NCBI RefSeq assembly: GCF_009914755.1 | Contig: NC_060947.1 | Direction: 5' to 3' (one strand) | Origin: the human T2T-CHM13v2.0 reference genome, Homo sapiens | Length of the DNA stretch: 64,000 bases | Shown: piece by piece, positions 25,202-47,129 of the stretch | How the letters are laid out: each line of letters begins with the position of its first letter | Position numbering within the stretch: position 1 is the stretch's first letter | Translations under genes and position numbers: made by a program | Notes under the pieces: generated by a model | What the model was told of the DNA's origin: nothing | Database searches by the model: none | What the model saw: only the letters and a program-made list of their open reading frames with translations

Positions 25202-27168
25202 GTAACCTGTATATTTAAAATGTCCTAACAAATATGTAGACTCTGGTTATATCCTATCTTAACAATTTAAATTTCATGCCAGTCATTCCACTTAAAAATC
25301 TTTTAAAATTCTTGTCAGATATCTCATTTGCTTCAGTCTAATCTTAATATAACCTGGCCCATTTCACTGTCAGTTCATAAGGCAAGAAATCCCAGGGTGG
25401 GGTAGGAGGAGTTGCAGGTCTAGGGCAGGTAATCTAGGTCCCAAACAGATATTCGAGGCCATTAGTGGAAGCCATGAAATTATTCTGTAATTATCAAATT
25501 CATTTAGAAATTGACGGGATAGGATCTAACACGTTTCCAGAAAACACTTAATTCTAGGGTTACTCATCTTAACAATAGTCTATTAAAACAAATCCTTAGC
25601 CAGAAGTAAGTTTGGAGATCTGAGTTGTTATCTTTTCATTTATTCACTAATATTTGTTGAGCACCTACAGTGGACTAAGAGCTGAGCTACAAGATACAGT
25701 AGAAAGCAAGACAAAATCCCTGCCTGTAGGGTACACTGCCCACTTGGTGAGCAAGACAGGTGAGCATAATTATAGTGCCCTAAGCATAGGGAGCTGGGCT
25801 GGAATGATGACAGTCATATTCAGTGACACCTGTAAACTCCCTGTGCCTCATTTAACACAGAGGTCAATGGCAGAGCCTGGGCAACTAGGGGTCACTGGAC
25901 AGGGTGTGCAGAATCAGCTCCTGCCAAGGGAGGGTCAGCCATGGAGCATGAGAGAGACTCAGAAATGAGGTGACAGGTGGGTGTCAGAGGCCTTGGGGTA
26001 TCTGAGTGTCATGGGTCTCAACAGAGTAGTGTAGCAGGAGGCAGCAAGACTGCTCAGCCACAAAGGGCAACATGACAAGCAAAACAAGGAGAAGCAGAGG
26101 ACAACAGGGAGAGTCCCTGCATGCCAAGGAAATTGGCTCCTACCCACATGCCTTCTGATGTGTAGGAGTCAACCTCATTATGACTTGCAGCATCAGCAGG
26201 TGACAGCTCCTGACAGAGATGGGGGTTGTGGGTGTTCAAGGTGGACCTTTGGGGAACAAATGCTGCCCACTGGGATACCTAAGAGCTGTCCTCTTGATAT
26301 CTCATTTTTGTGAGGGTACAGTAAGATGGTAATGGGCAAAGGTCAAGTCCATATACAAGGAGGAATTGTTTGATAGTGCTTTTTAAATTTCAAAGTACTT
26401 GAAATAATAGAAGAAGACCTGCTCTGACTGTGATTGTAGGATGACTTAACTGAGAAACTGATTGCCGATACTCCCCAACCAATCCTATAGCAGGCTGGTT
26501 GGCAGGAATGTTATGATTCTTTTCTGCTGGCCTTACCACTACAAAACCTCCCACCACCATAATGTTCATTTGTAGTCAGGAAATTATTCTAGGTTAAGGA
26601 TATAAAATTTATGGGAACCACCCAACTATCACCTCTAATGCCAAGTTCAAACACATACATACTCTTCACCCACCAAAACCCTTGCAACGTTTCTGAAGGT
26701 TTGTGTTTGCCTTGCTTCAGGAAGGCCAGAAGAGATTAGAGGATGGGGCCTGAAATGTGTGTGTTTAAGACACATACTAAGTGCTGTGCCATACCAACAC
26801 ATGCATGCACAGACACACAAATAGGAAGACCCTATTCTAAACCATTGCTAGAGACATTCTTCTCAGAAATGGAAGGGCAGAGATGGGACGCAGGAGGCAA
26901 CACACTAGTTTGTGATCATTTTACAGACTGAAAGAGCAGAGGTGAAGAGGTGTGGAGCCATATAGCAAACAGTGGCATTGCTGAGTTCATTCTTGGCCCC
27001 AACCTCTAGTTCAGCTCACTCCAGCTGCTACACCATGATATACATACATAGCAGAGCCAGGTGCTTGTTAAACATTTGGAAGAGTAGGTATGTGAACTCA
27101 CTCTGCCATAAGCACAAAAGCCATTATTTAAATCGGTTGTTAAAACGAATCTTTCTTTTTTATCTCAG

Positions 27169-28079
27169 GGCTTCCTTTGACAAATGCACTTGAAAACTCA
27201 CTGTTTTACCCACCACCAAGAATTACCTTGAAGTTAAAAATGCCCAAATCAACCCCAGAAGACCACAGAAACAGCTCCACAGAAACCGATCAGCAGCCCC
27301 ACTCTCCTGACAGCAGCTCATCTGTTCACAGTATAAGGAACATGCAGGTGCCTCAGGAGTCACTAGAAATGAGAACAAAATCGTATCCGAGATACCCACT
27401 AGAGAGCAAGAATAACCGTTTGCTGGCCAGTCTCAGCCATTCTAGGAGTGAAGCAAAGGAGTCCAGTCCTGCTTGGAGAACCCCGTCCTCGGAGTGCTAT
27501 CATGGGCAGTCACTGGGAAAGCCTCTGGTCCTTCAGGCTGCCCTCCATGGACAGTCTTCCATTGGGAATGGGAAAAGTCAGCCTAACTCCAAGTTTGCCA
27601 AATCCAATGGCCTGGAGGGCAGCTGGTCTGGGAATGTCACCCAAAAAGACAGCTCGAGTGAGATGTTCTGTGACCAGGAGCCTGTGTTCAGCCCCCACTT
27701 GGTCAGTCAGGGCAGCTTTAGAAAATCCACTGTAGAACACTTTAGTAGGTCCTTTAAAGAGACCACCAATAGGTGGGTGAAGAACACAGAGGACCTCCAG
27801 TGCTATGTGAAGCCAACCAAGAATATGAGCCCCAAGGAGCAGTTCTGGGGTAGACAGGTTCTCAGGCGGTCTGCAGGGAGAGCTCCATATCAGGAAAATG
27901 ATGGCTATTGCCCAGATTTGGAGCTGAGTGATTCAGAGGCAGAAAGTGATGGGAATAAAGAAAAAGTCAGGGTAAGGAAAGATAGCTCAGACAGGGAAAA
28001 TCCTCCCCATGACTCTAGACGGGATTGCCATGGTAAAAGCAAGACACATCCCCTTTCCCACAGTTCAATGCAAAGGTGA
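27169..28079 (+). CDS. JADE3: JADE3 last coding exon (Ser-rich, probably disordered C-terminus), stop TGA
   Basis: tctcag|GG CTT CCT TTG..., phase 1 matching the previous donor. The 300-aa ORF 27177..28079 ends HPLSHSSMQR*. Confidence 0.96.
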
Positions 28080-30245
28080 TTAGAAACTTCCAAGGATGAC
28101 CCAACCTTTGCCTTTGCCCCATATATTGGGGAAAACCCATACACCAAAAGGATTTTAGCATATGTTAAGAGGAATTGCAGTGAAAAGGATAACATTTTTC
28201 CATAGTAAATTGTCTTGCAGTTTTTGAAAATGTTTCAAGTCTAGTTTTTACAAGCACATTACAGTAATTGCAGGTTGTCCAGAGGTTGGTTTGTCAGAGG
28301 CTATTGGGAACAGCTGGGCCCAGGGTATTTGCTCAGTAAATATTTTGGGGCAGCTTTCCGGTTATATAACACATTGACAAGTATATGTATTAAGAGTCCT
28401 TGCATTGTTAACTGATTTGCAAGAGACCATGATTATCAGACACTAAAACTACTTATCTTTTGAAGCTACAGCATGTGACTCCCCAGAGCTCCTGTCTGTA
28501 GGAAGTTTCTAATTCCACTGGTATCTATAAACCCTTTTCAGGGGAGAGACCAGGAGACCACCATCTTAGATACTGTCAAACTCACTACTGTCTTCCTTTG
28601 TTCTGCACAAGGTTGAGTTTCTTTCACAGTATCTTAACTTACTGAGTCAATACTCCTCATGCTTATCAGTGTCCAGTGCCTGTTCCTAAACTTGCTTGTT
28701 GGGGACACACTCATAACTATTTCACCTGACTGACAAGCATAAAAGGCTAACTTGTGGATAGTGTTTACAAAAGTACAAAAGTACTACTTCCAAGGAAAAT
28801 GCTCTGATTCTCTGTTTAGGCATTTGTGAAGGATTCCAGAGCCTTTCCCAAAGTGAGACCATTTCTGGGGTATTTGTACCAGGTCAGGGTTTTTGTGTTG
28901 TTTTCAAATAAGTTTGACTAAAATAAGTTTGGCTGACAGTTTTTGTATACCTGCTTTAATGTTTATAAAATTTTTATTGAGGTATAATTAAAATATAGTA
29001 AAATGCACAGAGGTTAAGTATTCTTACCTGCTTTAATTTTGAAACAGATTTTTATTGTCAAACAGAATTTGAAAGCATGTGTTTAACACATGGATATAAT
29101 TTAGCTTTGTGTCACCTTTGAATCTGAGGCAGTTTCCCAAACAAAAAGGCTGGAGCCATTTTTCAGAAGTTGCTTATACCCTGTTCCCAAACTATCAGCC
29201 TTGATTAATTTCTAGTAGGAAGAGAATAATTACATTTGCGGGGGGGGGGGTGGATAAAAACATGTCTGCTTCTCATTTAAATAAGAGAGAAATGATGCCG
29301 TTTTTTAAATGTGAAGCAGACTATAATTCTCAGCTCTCTTTTCTTCTTAGCCTTAAATTAATATTCTCTTTCTTCTAGTTTTGGAAAGTGTAGTGGGAAT
29401 ATTCAGACAAAAGAGGCCATTTTCCATTTTTAAAGCTTCTTACTGGTGAAACAGCCCAGTTGTAGTAGGTGCCAGTCAGTCAAGGCAGGGGCCCTCTCTC
29501 CGTCAATATGGAAAACTCAGCAGTTTTCCTCTCCCCCAGTTGTGTTCTTGTAACGTTGTTAATGGGTTCCTTTGCTTTTTGCTTTCTCCTTTTCTGAAAA
29601 TGTATGTGTTTTGCCTCTCTTTTGGCTACATCTTCAAAATATTTCTTTTGTGCCTATGTACATGTGTAAACATGCCATAGCATGTGTGGTAGGTGTCCTG
29701 TATTTTGTTTGGGAAAAAAACTATCAAAATGAGGAAGAGAATTTCCCCTATTTATGCACTAGGTTTCTGTGCTTTTTCTTTGAGTTCTCTGGAGTAGATA
29801 TTAATTTGATACCTTCATGGTAATGAAATTATGATGGAGCTGTGTTATAAATTCCTTATGTCAGAGGCCAGTGCGGTAGCCTTTGTCCCTTCATGCCTTT
29901 CAATTCTGAGTGGGAGGAAAAGCAAACATCAAAACAGTGCTTCAGCCAAATTCCATATGTAATGCCATTGGGAGAGTATTGACTAAAATATCATTCGTCA
30001 GGGAAATATAGTTGTAATATTTTTACAGGATATTCCTAGGTAAATGAAGGAGCCTTCAGTTGTAAATTTCAATTACCCCAAAATGTATTTGCTACATTTT
30101 GTTGTTTGAAGTATTACCTCTTAACCTTCTTTGTTAATTTTTTTCATTTTGTCTTATATAGTCCAGTTTTCCAAGATAAGCTCAGTCCTTTTTCAAATGT
30201 CACCTTTTTACCAATACTTTTTCATTAAATTATGAAAACTGCTAC
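28080..30245 (+). other. JADE3: JADE3 3'UTR (~2.2 kb, no recognisable interspersed repeats)
   Basis: Unique AU-rich sequence from the stop codon to an ATTAAA signal followed by a GU/U-rich element; the end is inferred. Confidence 0.75.
30224..30229 (+). terminator. JADE3: Probable JADE3 polyadenylation signal ATTAAA
   Basis: ATTAAA followed ~25 nt later by gtcagtgtgttttttatttt (GU/U-rich downstream element). Confidence 0.7.
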
Positions 30246-30716
30246 CTACTGTCAGTGTGTTTTTTATTTTGGCATATTGGTTACACATGTTCCTTTTATA
30301 TTTAAAAAATTATATTCACTGAACAAAACAGATAGTGTGGGGAGAGGGAGGAGGAAGAGGAGGAATTGAATGTTTAGAAGCACACATTCAACATTCGAGT
30401 CAATACCGGGGACCCAGGAGAACTCTGGATACTTGAACTTTACCCAGAAATCATGATTTTATCAGACTGTTAAGATAAAGGCCTTAGGATCATCATAAAA
30501 CATCACCAGAGAGATAGATCCTATCTAAAGTGACAAGATTGAAAAGGCTTCAGTCAGGCATCTCTATTTGGAGTCTTGTGAGTATGTTGATGTCATGGGG
30601 TTATGTGGTGTCAAGGGGGGCTTTTAGGCATTATAAACATTTTCATGATTGAAAAATGTACTTGCCAAAGGTCATTGGGTAAATCAGTAGTGAAGATAGG
30701 TAAAAGGTGAAGTTGG

Positions 30717-30718
<2 letters not shown>

Positions 30719-30752
<34 letters not shown>
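30719..30752. repeat. (CT)n microsatellite
   Basis: Directly visible. Confidence 0.9.
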
Positions 30753-31407
30753 GCTAGAGAACTGAAACTACAGGTATACCCTGTTATAGCCAACAAAAGC
30801 TATTGAGTTTATACTAATGTGTACATTTCCAATGGGAGATGAATCTTTGTCCTTGTGTTGAAGCAACTTTAAATTCAGAGGATAAGCCAAAGAATGCACA
30901 ATCCTGGGTTATTTTCCTTCTAGGACTTTAAAATCCTCAGTATGCTTGCTGACCTTTCAGAATTGAGGAAAAGTACATGATAGAAATGAAAACTTATTTA
31001 CCACTGAATAGCTTTCATGTGATATTTTCCAAAAAATCTAACTTATTTATAAATTTTATTAGATTTTCACAACCTTAATTCAGCTATTTTCAAGTTTAAT
31101 ATTAATAGAAAGCAGCAATTGTGTGGGGTTTTTTTATTCTTTTAACTAACAACCATGCAAGCTTGGATTTTTTTAAGTAATTTTTAGTTAATAAAGACCC
31201 ACCCTGAGGCTATCACTTCTATGTGGGAGCTTTATAACAATCTAGCACTGTAAAAGAAGTTCCTTTGAATACGGTTAATTATACTATACAGATTGGAACA
31301 AATTGCATGACCTGAAGATGTGAGGATAGTTGTTCTTCAAATAAATCAAGGTTAAGGAGGATCAAGCCCCAGACTAGTGTCCCCTACTCTATGTAGTCAC
31401 TGATCAT

Positions 31408-31700
31408 CTTTTTTTTTCTTGAGTTGGGGTCTCGTTCTGTCACACAGGCTGGAGTGCAGCAGCATGATCAGAGCTCACTGTAACCTCCAACTCGTGGACT
31501 CAAACAATCCTCCCGCCTCAGGTCCAGAGTAACTGGGGACTACAGGAGCATGCCACCATGCCTGGCTACATTTTTCTATTTGTAGAGATGGAGTCTCACT
31601 ATATTGCCCAGGCTGGTCTCAAACTCCTGGGCTCAAGCAATCCTCACGCCTCGGCCTTCCAAAGTGCTGGCATTACAGGCATATGAGCCATGATGCCTGC
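31408..31700 (-). mobile_element. Alu (J-like)
   Basis: Antisense dimer flanked by cactgatcat / cactgatgat. Confidence 0.85.
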
Positions 31701-32799
31701 CACTGATGATTTTTTTTTTTTTAGGGTCTTAGAGCATCCATCATTTCTCATTTTGTTAAGATGGATTTGGATATGAGCAGTCCAGCCTCAAGGCTTGAAT
31801 GCCCCAAGCTTTAAATTTCTTTCCCCTCCTCTCACTACTTGCACTCTTCTTCTCAATTTCATTTATTATAACTGAATATCAGGTTATAAACAAGGTGGAA
31901 AGATGGAATTGGTCTGTTCAAGCTGTACTGATTACAGCGAGTTATCTGAATTGGGAGGCCATTTGCGGAACCACTTTTTGCTCAACATTGCTTTCTAAAG
32001 TATTGCCATAATGTAATGACACTGCTTTCATACACCACACGTGGAAATGGATCTCGTTATTTTATAGTCATTTCTCACATGAGAAAACTTCATTCGAAAA
32101 ATTGCTGAAATTTTGAAAATTATAATCACTTCAGCCTCACAACAGAAAGACACTTCGGGTTGGACCAGTACCATTTTAGATCTTTCAGCTGCTGCTTAGG
32201 GAAAAAAACATTAAATACGTATTCCTGCTTCAGATAAGCCTGGCATAGGTGCCAGTGTTCTGGTAACAGATTTTTCCTCTCTTCACCTTAACTTTTCTAC
32301 TTTACAAAACTGGATCTCTGGTTCTTTCCCCTCCCCCTAGCTCTTCAAACAAAGGTGGCTCTAGGGGTTAAGCAACAACAGTGTTCACAAAGTGGTGGTT
32401 AGCTGTGTGCAGTACTGTGGCCACTCAGTCTTTTCAGTCATATTTGCCTTCAAGGACAACAATGAACAAGATCAGACAGTGCTGCCTGCATCTTTGGGGC
32501 AGAATTTGTGCCCGTGTCTTGTCCTCCAGTCCTTAAAGATGGACTGAGAGCTGCATGAGCAGTTTCAAGCTAAAGGTCAGTTTCAAGACAGCTACTTGGG
32601 GCCGGGCATGGTGGCTCATGCCTGTAATCCCACCACTTTGGCAGGCTGAGGTGGGGAGGATCGCTGGAGCCCAGGAGTTCGAGACCAGCCTGGGCAACAT
32701 GATGAAACTCCATCTTATTAAAAAAAAATAAAAATAAATAAAAAAAAACCTTGGTCGGACAAGCCAGGAAACTTGTTTGGGACCAGTCAAGCCTTCAAA

Positions 32800-33030
32800 T
32801 AATAAAAGTTACAATATTCATCAAGCCCTTAACCTATGGCAGGCCTTTTGCTAAGCCTTTTACATGGGGCTACCTTATATTTAGTTCTCACAACAACCAT
32901 ATGAAGATAATACTATCAGCTGCATTTGATACGTGAAAACTGAGGCCAAATGTTTAAGACAGTTGTTCAAAGCTAGAACCTGTGAGCTTGCCTCTACAAC
33001 TCATACTTTTAGTCACTTTGCTTGACTCCT
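32800..33030 (-). mobile_element. MIR fragment
   Basis: ttagttctcacaacaaccatatgaagat...gaaaactgaggcc. Confidence 0.5.
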
Positions 33031-33299
33031 GTGCCCAAAGCCCCCTCTCTAAACACTCTTACTCAGTTTCTTCCTGAGGAAACCAACCTGAGTTGGGGTT
33101 TGGTTGTAAGGATTCTGTACCACTTTATCCGTGATGCCTGGACAGAGTTGATTGGACCACAATTAGTCATCTAACACAAAGTCAGTTTAGAGGTTCACAT
33201 CCAAAACACAAGATACGTCACACAAATCTGAACAGTACAGACCTCACAGATCTAGGACCTGGTGGATTTGCCTTCTCCGTAGCTAATCTAACTTGCAAC

Positions 33300-33849
33300 T
33301 GGGCATAGTAAAGATAGATAATGCCCCCCCAAAGATGTCCATGTCCTAATCCCTGGAGCCTGCGAATATGCTACCTTGCATGGTAAGAGGGGTTTAGCAG
33401 ATGTAATTAAAGTTAAGGGCTTTCGACCCCAACCATTACACATGTAGCACACAAGCACATATACCCCCGACTCTAAAATAAAAATTTAAGGGCCTTAAGA
33501 TGGGGAAGTTATCCTGGATTATCTAGGTGGGCCCAACCAATATAGTCACAAGGGTGCTTATAAGAGGGAGGCAGGAGTATCCAAGTCAGTAATAAGAGAT
33601 GTGACAATGGAAGCGGGAGGTTGGAATGATGCAAAGAAGAGCCATGAGCCAAGGAATGCAGACAGTCTCTAGAAATGGAAAAAGACAAGAAACAGACCCC
33701 ACCTCAGAAGGTTTTCAGAAACAACTCAGCCCTGCCTATGCTGTGATTTTAGACGTTTGACCTCCTGAACTCTTAAGAGAATATATTTGTGTTGTTTTAA
33801 GCCACTAAATTTGTGGTAATTTTTACAGCAGAAATAGAAAACTAATACA
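33300..33849 (+). mobile_element. MLT1D-like MaLR LTR
   Basis: aaagatgtccatgtcctaatccctgga...tatcctggattatctaggtgggccc...aagccactaaatttgtggtaatt...gaaaactaataca. Confidence 0.8.
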
Positions 33850-34479
33850 CTAGGCATACTGCAAGTGCTCCCTACCCTTTTGGGGGAATGTTCCTTTCCC
33901 AGTATGTCCATCTCTGCTGTGATACTCTAGGTTGGTCCTGTACTTTCATTAGTTGAAACTCTTTCCATTAAATGGAAAACCAGTGTTTTTTTTTGATCAA
34001 TAGAATCCTCCCCTAGAGAAATTAGTTTTCTCTTTCTCGTCCCATCCCCCCAACACTTTTTCCAAGGTAGCCTTTGGTACTTCTTAGGTAGCCTTGGATA
34101 ATCCTCCATGGGCCTGCTGGATCCACCGTGGCTGAATCTGGCACTGCCTGAGGAGTTGCCCATAGGTTTGTATGGTCCTGTTGTCTGAAAAACTGTCCTG
34201 GGGAAGTAGAAATAATTCCTTGAGTGTTACTCCACGGGGGAAGTTATAGAAGGCACATGTAGCTCATTATGATAAATGCTTTCGTTATCAGAGCTTCCTA
34301 AAAGGAAGTGAATGGCCTGAGAGTTGAGTTCTTAAAACACCCCAGATACCTGAGCCAAGCTTGGAGGTTAAAGAATGCAACTCTATGCTGCCTACAAGAA
34401 GCCCACTTTAAATATTGGCCGGGCACAGTGGCTCACGCCTGTAATCCCAGCAGTCGGGGAGGCCAAGGCGGGCAGATCA

Positions 34480-34799
<320 letters not shown>

Positions 34800-34844
34800 C
34801 TACTAAAAGTACGGGCATGGTGGTGCGCACCTGTAGTCCAGCTA

Positions 34845-34952
<108 letters not shown>

Positions 34953-34964
34953 TCAAAAAAAAAA

Positions 34965-36115
<1,151 letters not shown>

Positions 36116-36591
36116 GGCCAGGCACATTAGCTCACACCTGTAATCCCAGCACTTTGGGAGGCCGAGGTGGGAGGATCACTTGAGCCCAGGAGTTCCAGAC
36201 CAGCCTGAGTAACACAGTGAGACCCCATCTGTACAAAAAAATTAAAAATTAAAAATTAGGGTGTGGGGGCATACCCATTTTTTTTATCAGATCATTAGAT
36301 TTTTTTCCTATAGTATGAACTCCTTATATATTCTGGTTATTAATCCCTTGTCAGATGGGTAGTTTGTGAATATTTTCTCCTATTCTGTGGGTTGTCTCTT
36401 CCCTTTGTTGATTGTTCCCTTTGCTGTGCAGAAGCTTTTTAACTTGATGTGATCCCATTTGTCCATTTTTCTTTGGTTGCCTGTGCTTGTGGGTTATTAC
36501 TCAAGAAATCTTTGCCCAGACTAATGTCCTGGAGATTTTCCCCAATGTTTTCTTGTAGTAGTTTCATAGTTTGAAGTCCATTTTGATTTGA

Positions 36592-36777
<186 letters not shown>

Positions 36778-37539
36778 TAATAGACTGAAAAGAGAAATCA
36801 CAGACTGGGAGAGAAGAATTTCAAAGTAATTATGCTCAGCCAGACAAAACAGAATACATACTGTATAAATATAATCCCAGGTACCAAAAAAACTACAAAA
36901 TAGGAGCAAATCTGGAGTGACAGAGAGCAGACTAGTGGTTGCCTGGGGGTTAGGAGCAGGGAAAGGTGGGAGGAAGGGATAATAAAAGGGCAGGAGGAAA
37001 CTTTTGGGGGTGACCAGAATGTTCATTATCTTGGTGGTGGAGATAGTTCTAGACATGTATACATATGTCAAAACTAATCAAATTATACTCTGGCCAGGCG
37101 TGGGTGACTCATCCCTGTGATCTCAGCACTTCAGGAGGCCGAGGCAGGAGGATCGCTTGAGCCCAGGAGTTCAAGACCAGTCTGGGCAACATAGCAAGAC
37201 TCTGTCTCTACAAAAATTTTAAAAATTAGCTGGGTGTGGCAGCATGCATCCGTGGTCTCAGCTACTAGGGAAACTGAGTCAGGAGGATCACCTAAGCCCA
37301 GGAGGTCAAAGCTGCAGTGAGCCATGATCACACCACTGCACTCTAGCCTAGGCAACAGAGTGAAACCCAGTCTCAAAGTTAAAAACAAACTAATCAGCCT
37401 GGAATCAGGAAGTTTTACATGGCCTCTTGACGGGTAATGATTGGCCTTCAGCCAGGTTCCATAGACACAAAGTTGCCCAAGCGTCATCATTACAGCCCAT
37501 GAACATTCACATGGGGTCTTCCAAGTCTAAAACTGCAAG

Positions 37540-41642
<4,103 letters not shown>

Positions 41643-42414
41643 AAAAATGCTCATCATCACTGGCCATCAGAGAAATGCAAATCAAAACCACAATGAGATA
41701 CCATCTCACACCAGTTAGAATGGCAATCATTAAAAAGTCAGGAAACAACAGGTGCTGGAGAGGAGGTGGAGAAATAGGAACACTTTTACACTGTTGGTGG
41801 GACTGTAAACTAGTTCAACCATTGTGGAAGTCAGTGTGGCGATTCCTCAGGGATCTAGAACTAGAAATACCATTTGACCCAGCCATCCCATTACTGGGTA
41901 TATACCCAAAGGACTATAAATCTTGCTGCTCTAAAGACACATGCACACGTATGTTTATTGCGTCATTATTCACAATAGCAAAGACTTGGAAACAGCACAA
42001 ATGTCCAACAATGATAGACTGGATTAAGAAAATGTGGCACATATACACCATGGAATACTATGCAGCCATAAAAAATGATGAGTTCATGTCCTTTGTAGGG
42101 ACATGGATGAAATTGGAAATCATCATTCTCAGTAAACTATCGCAAGAACAAAAAACCAAACACCGCATATTCTCACTCATAGGTGGGAATTGAACAATGA
42201 GATCACATGGACACAGGAAGGGGAATATCACACTCCGGGGACTGTGGTGGGGTGGGGGGAGGGGGGAGGGATAGCATTGGGAGATATACCTAATGCTAGA
42301 TGACGAGTTGGTGGGTGCAGCGCACCAGCATGGCACATGTATACATCTGTAACTAACCTGCACAATGTGCACATGTACCCTAAAACTTAAAGTGTAAAAA
42401 AAAAAAAAAAAAAA
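41643..42414 (+). mobile_element. Young 5'-truncated L1 (L1PA2-like)
   Basis: Uninterrupted 172-aa ORF2 C-terminus (ORF 41675..42193), G-rich 3'UTR, GAG diagnostic and polyA. Confidence 0.93.
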
Positions 42415-43960
<1,546 letters not shown>

Positions 43961-44311
43961 ATAAAGAGCACTTATATTGTAATAAAAGATCCCTATGTAT
44001 CCTCAGAGAGCTCCTGATAAAGCAGGAGAGACACATAAACCAATGGATCTCAGTGTGATGAGTAATGTAATAAAACATAAAGAGGCGCTCCTGGAAGAGC
44101 AATAGGTCAGAGAGCGAGGAGGGTCAGCGAAGTCTTCCTGATGGAGGGGACATTCAACTGACTCTTAGTTAGAAGTTAGTCCAGTGCAGAAGGAAGCATT
44201 GGATTAGTGGTCAGAGAGAAGTGTTCTAGGCAGAGGGAATAGCAAGTTCAAAGTCAAGAAGCAGAGAACATGGCTAGAACATGAGAGAGGTCAAGAAGGG
44301 ACTCCCCATAA

Positions 44312-44654
<343 letters not shown>

Positions 44655-44659
44655 TAAAA

Positions 44660-45320
44660 AGATTCATAACCACATATTATGATCAAAGTTAACAAATCAA
44701 CATTCGTTTGCCTGCAGATGGTGAGGATACAGCATCACTTTTGTAGCATTGCCAAAAAGGCATAGCCTGAATTGACCATGAGGAAAAATCAAGGAATCCC
44801 AAATTAAGGGACATTCTACATTTTGAATTCCAAAAATGTCAATGATGTCAGGAAACAAAAATAAAAGGCTGAGGAGCTGTTCCAGGTGAAAAGCAACTAA
44901 ATGCAGCTAAATGCAATGCCTCGCCCTGGATTGGGTTTGGGCATGAAACATCTTTTTTCCTTTTATTATAAAGGACATTAGTTGGACAATTGGTGAGACT
45001 CCAATAGATAATCCTGTATCAATGTTAATTTACCTGATTTTGACCATCGTGCTGTGTTTATGGAAGAGAATACCCTTGCTTTCAGGAAACACACACTGAA
45101 CTACAGTATTTAAAGGTAAAGGAGCATCATGTCTGCAACTTGCTCCCAAACTGGTCAGAAAAAAATTATATATAGATGTATATGTAAATAAGAGAGAGAA
45201 GGGTAAAGCAAATGTGGTAAACTTAACATTTGGGGAATCTGGGTGAAGGGTAATCATGAATTTTTTCTATTATTCTTGCAGCTTTTCTGTAAAACTGAAA
45301 TTTTTTTCTAAATAAAGGTA
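44660..45320 (+). mobile_element. Old L1 (L1MC/L1ME) 3' end
   Basis: cccaaattaagggacattctaca...gtatcaatgttaatttacctgattttga...ggggaatctgggtgaagggta. Confidence 0.65.
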
Positions 45321-46304
45321 CCCCTCTCAGCAAAAAAAAAGAAAAAGAAAAAAAAGCATATAGTTTTTGTTGTTGTTGTTTTGTTTTTAGAGACAGGATC
45401 CCACATCCCACTCTGTCACCCAGGCTGAAGTGCAGTGTCGCTATCACGGCTCACTGCAAGCTTGATCTCCCAGGCTCAAGCGATGTTCCCACCTCAGCCT
45501 CCTCAGTAACTGGGATCACAGCCACCACGCCTGGCTATTTTTTTTTTAATAGAGATGAGATCTTTCTGTGTTGCCCAGGCTGGTGTCAAACTCCTGGCCT
45601 CAAGTGGTCCTCCTGCCTCAGCCCCCCAAAGTGCTGGGATTACAGGGGTGAGCCACGGTGCCCAGCCTGAAAAGCATATAGTTGAACAACCTCTATGTGT
45701 CAGCACTGTGGCAGGACCCAGGGAGGTGAGGGTGAATAAGATACATCCCCTCCCCTGCAAGACTCACGGTCTAGCAGGTCATTTTGGCAGCAGATCCACA
45801 GGGATGAGATGAGGCCTCCGGGAAGATTAAAACAATCTAGGCAAGAAATGGGGAAAGCCTGAATGAATTAAGGCAGTGCCAACATAGAAGGACATTAAAG
45901 GGACAATTCTATGACCTGGTGACTAACTGGACTTGAGTTAGGGACCAAGAGGAGGCTCGCGAGGTGTCAGGGCTTCTTGCACAGCCAGTTGGCTGCACCA
46001 CAGCCCATTTCCCAGGACAGAGTGCTCAGGAGGTTGGTGGGAAATGATGTGATTGGTTTGGGTCAGCTCAGTTAAGCTGCTGGCCTGTATCCTGGGGGCG
46101 ACATCTGGGCTGAGATAAGGTTAGGGAGACATCAGCACTGAGGAAGTAGAGGAAGAGAGTTATTTTTGTTTGTTTGTTTTTGAGACAGTCTCACTCTGTC
46201 ACCCAGGCTGGAGTGCAGTGGCATAAACTCAGCTCACTGTAGCTTCAACCTCCTGGATTCAAGTGATCCTCTTGCCTCAGCCTCCTGAGTAGCCGGAACT
46301 ATAG

Positions 46305-46772
<468 letters not shown>

Positions 46773-47129
46773 TAGGCCTGAGCCACTGTGCCGGCCCTGG
46801 CCATTTTTTTTTTTAATATGGGTTATTTGGAGAAAGCCCAGACTGTCAGATGGCAGGACCAGGAATACATTTAGGCTGAGAATGGGGTTGTGGAGCTGTG
46901 TTGTTGAGGAATGTGTTTTCCATATGATTTGAAAATGAAATCGAGCCTTTCCTCTTCCCCCACCAAAAACGTTTTTGCAAGAGTTGGCCTTCAGCCACCA
47001 GGGTCTTCTCCACTAGGATGGAGAGGAGCTTTGTTCTTTCCTTTTTAACCTGTTTGGGTTTAACCGTCCCAGTCTCTCTCTGTTCGGCATTTAACAACTT
47101 TTCTTGGTTGAAGTAAGAGGTAAACTAGC

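Noticed and set aside
41675-42193. Open 172-aa ORF
   Set aside because: It is the C-terminus of L1 ORF2 in a 5'-truncated copy with no promoter, not a gene.
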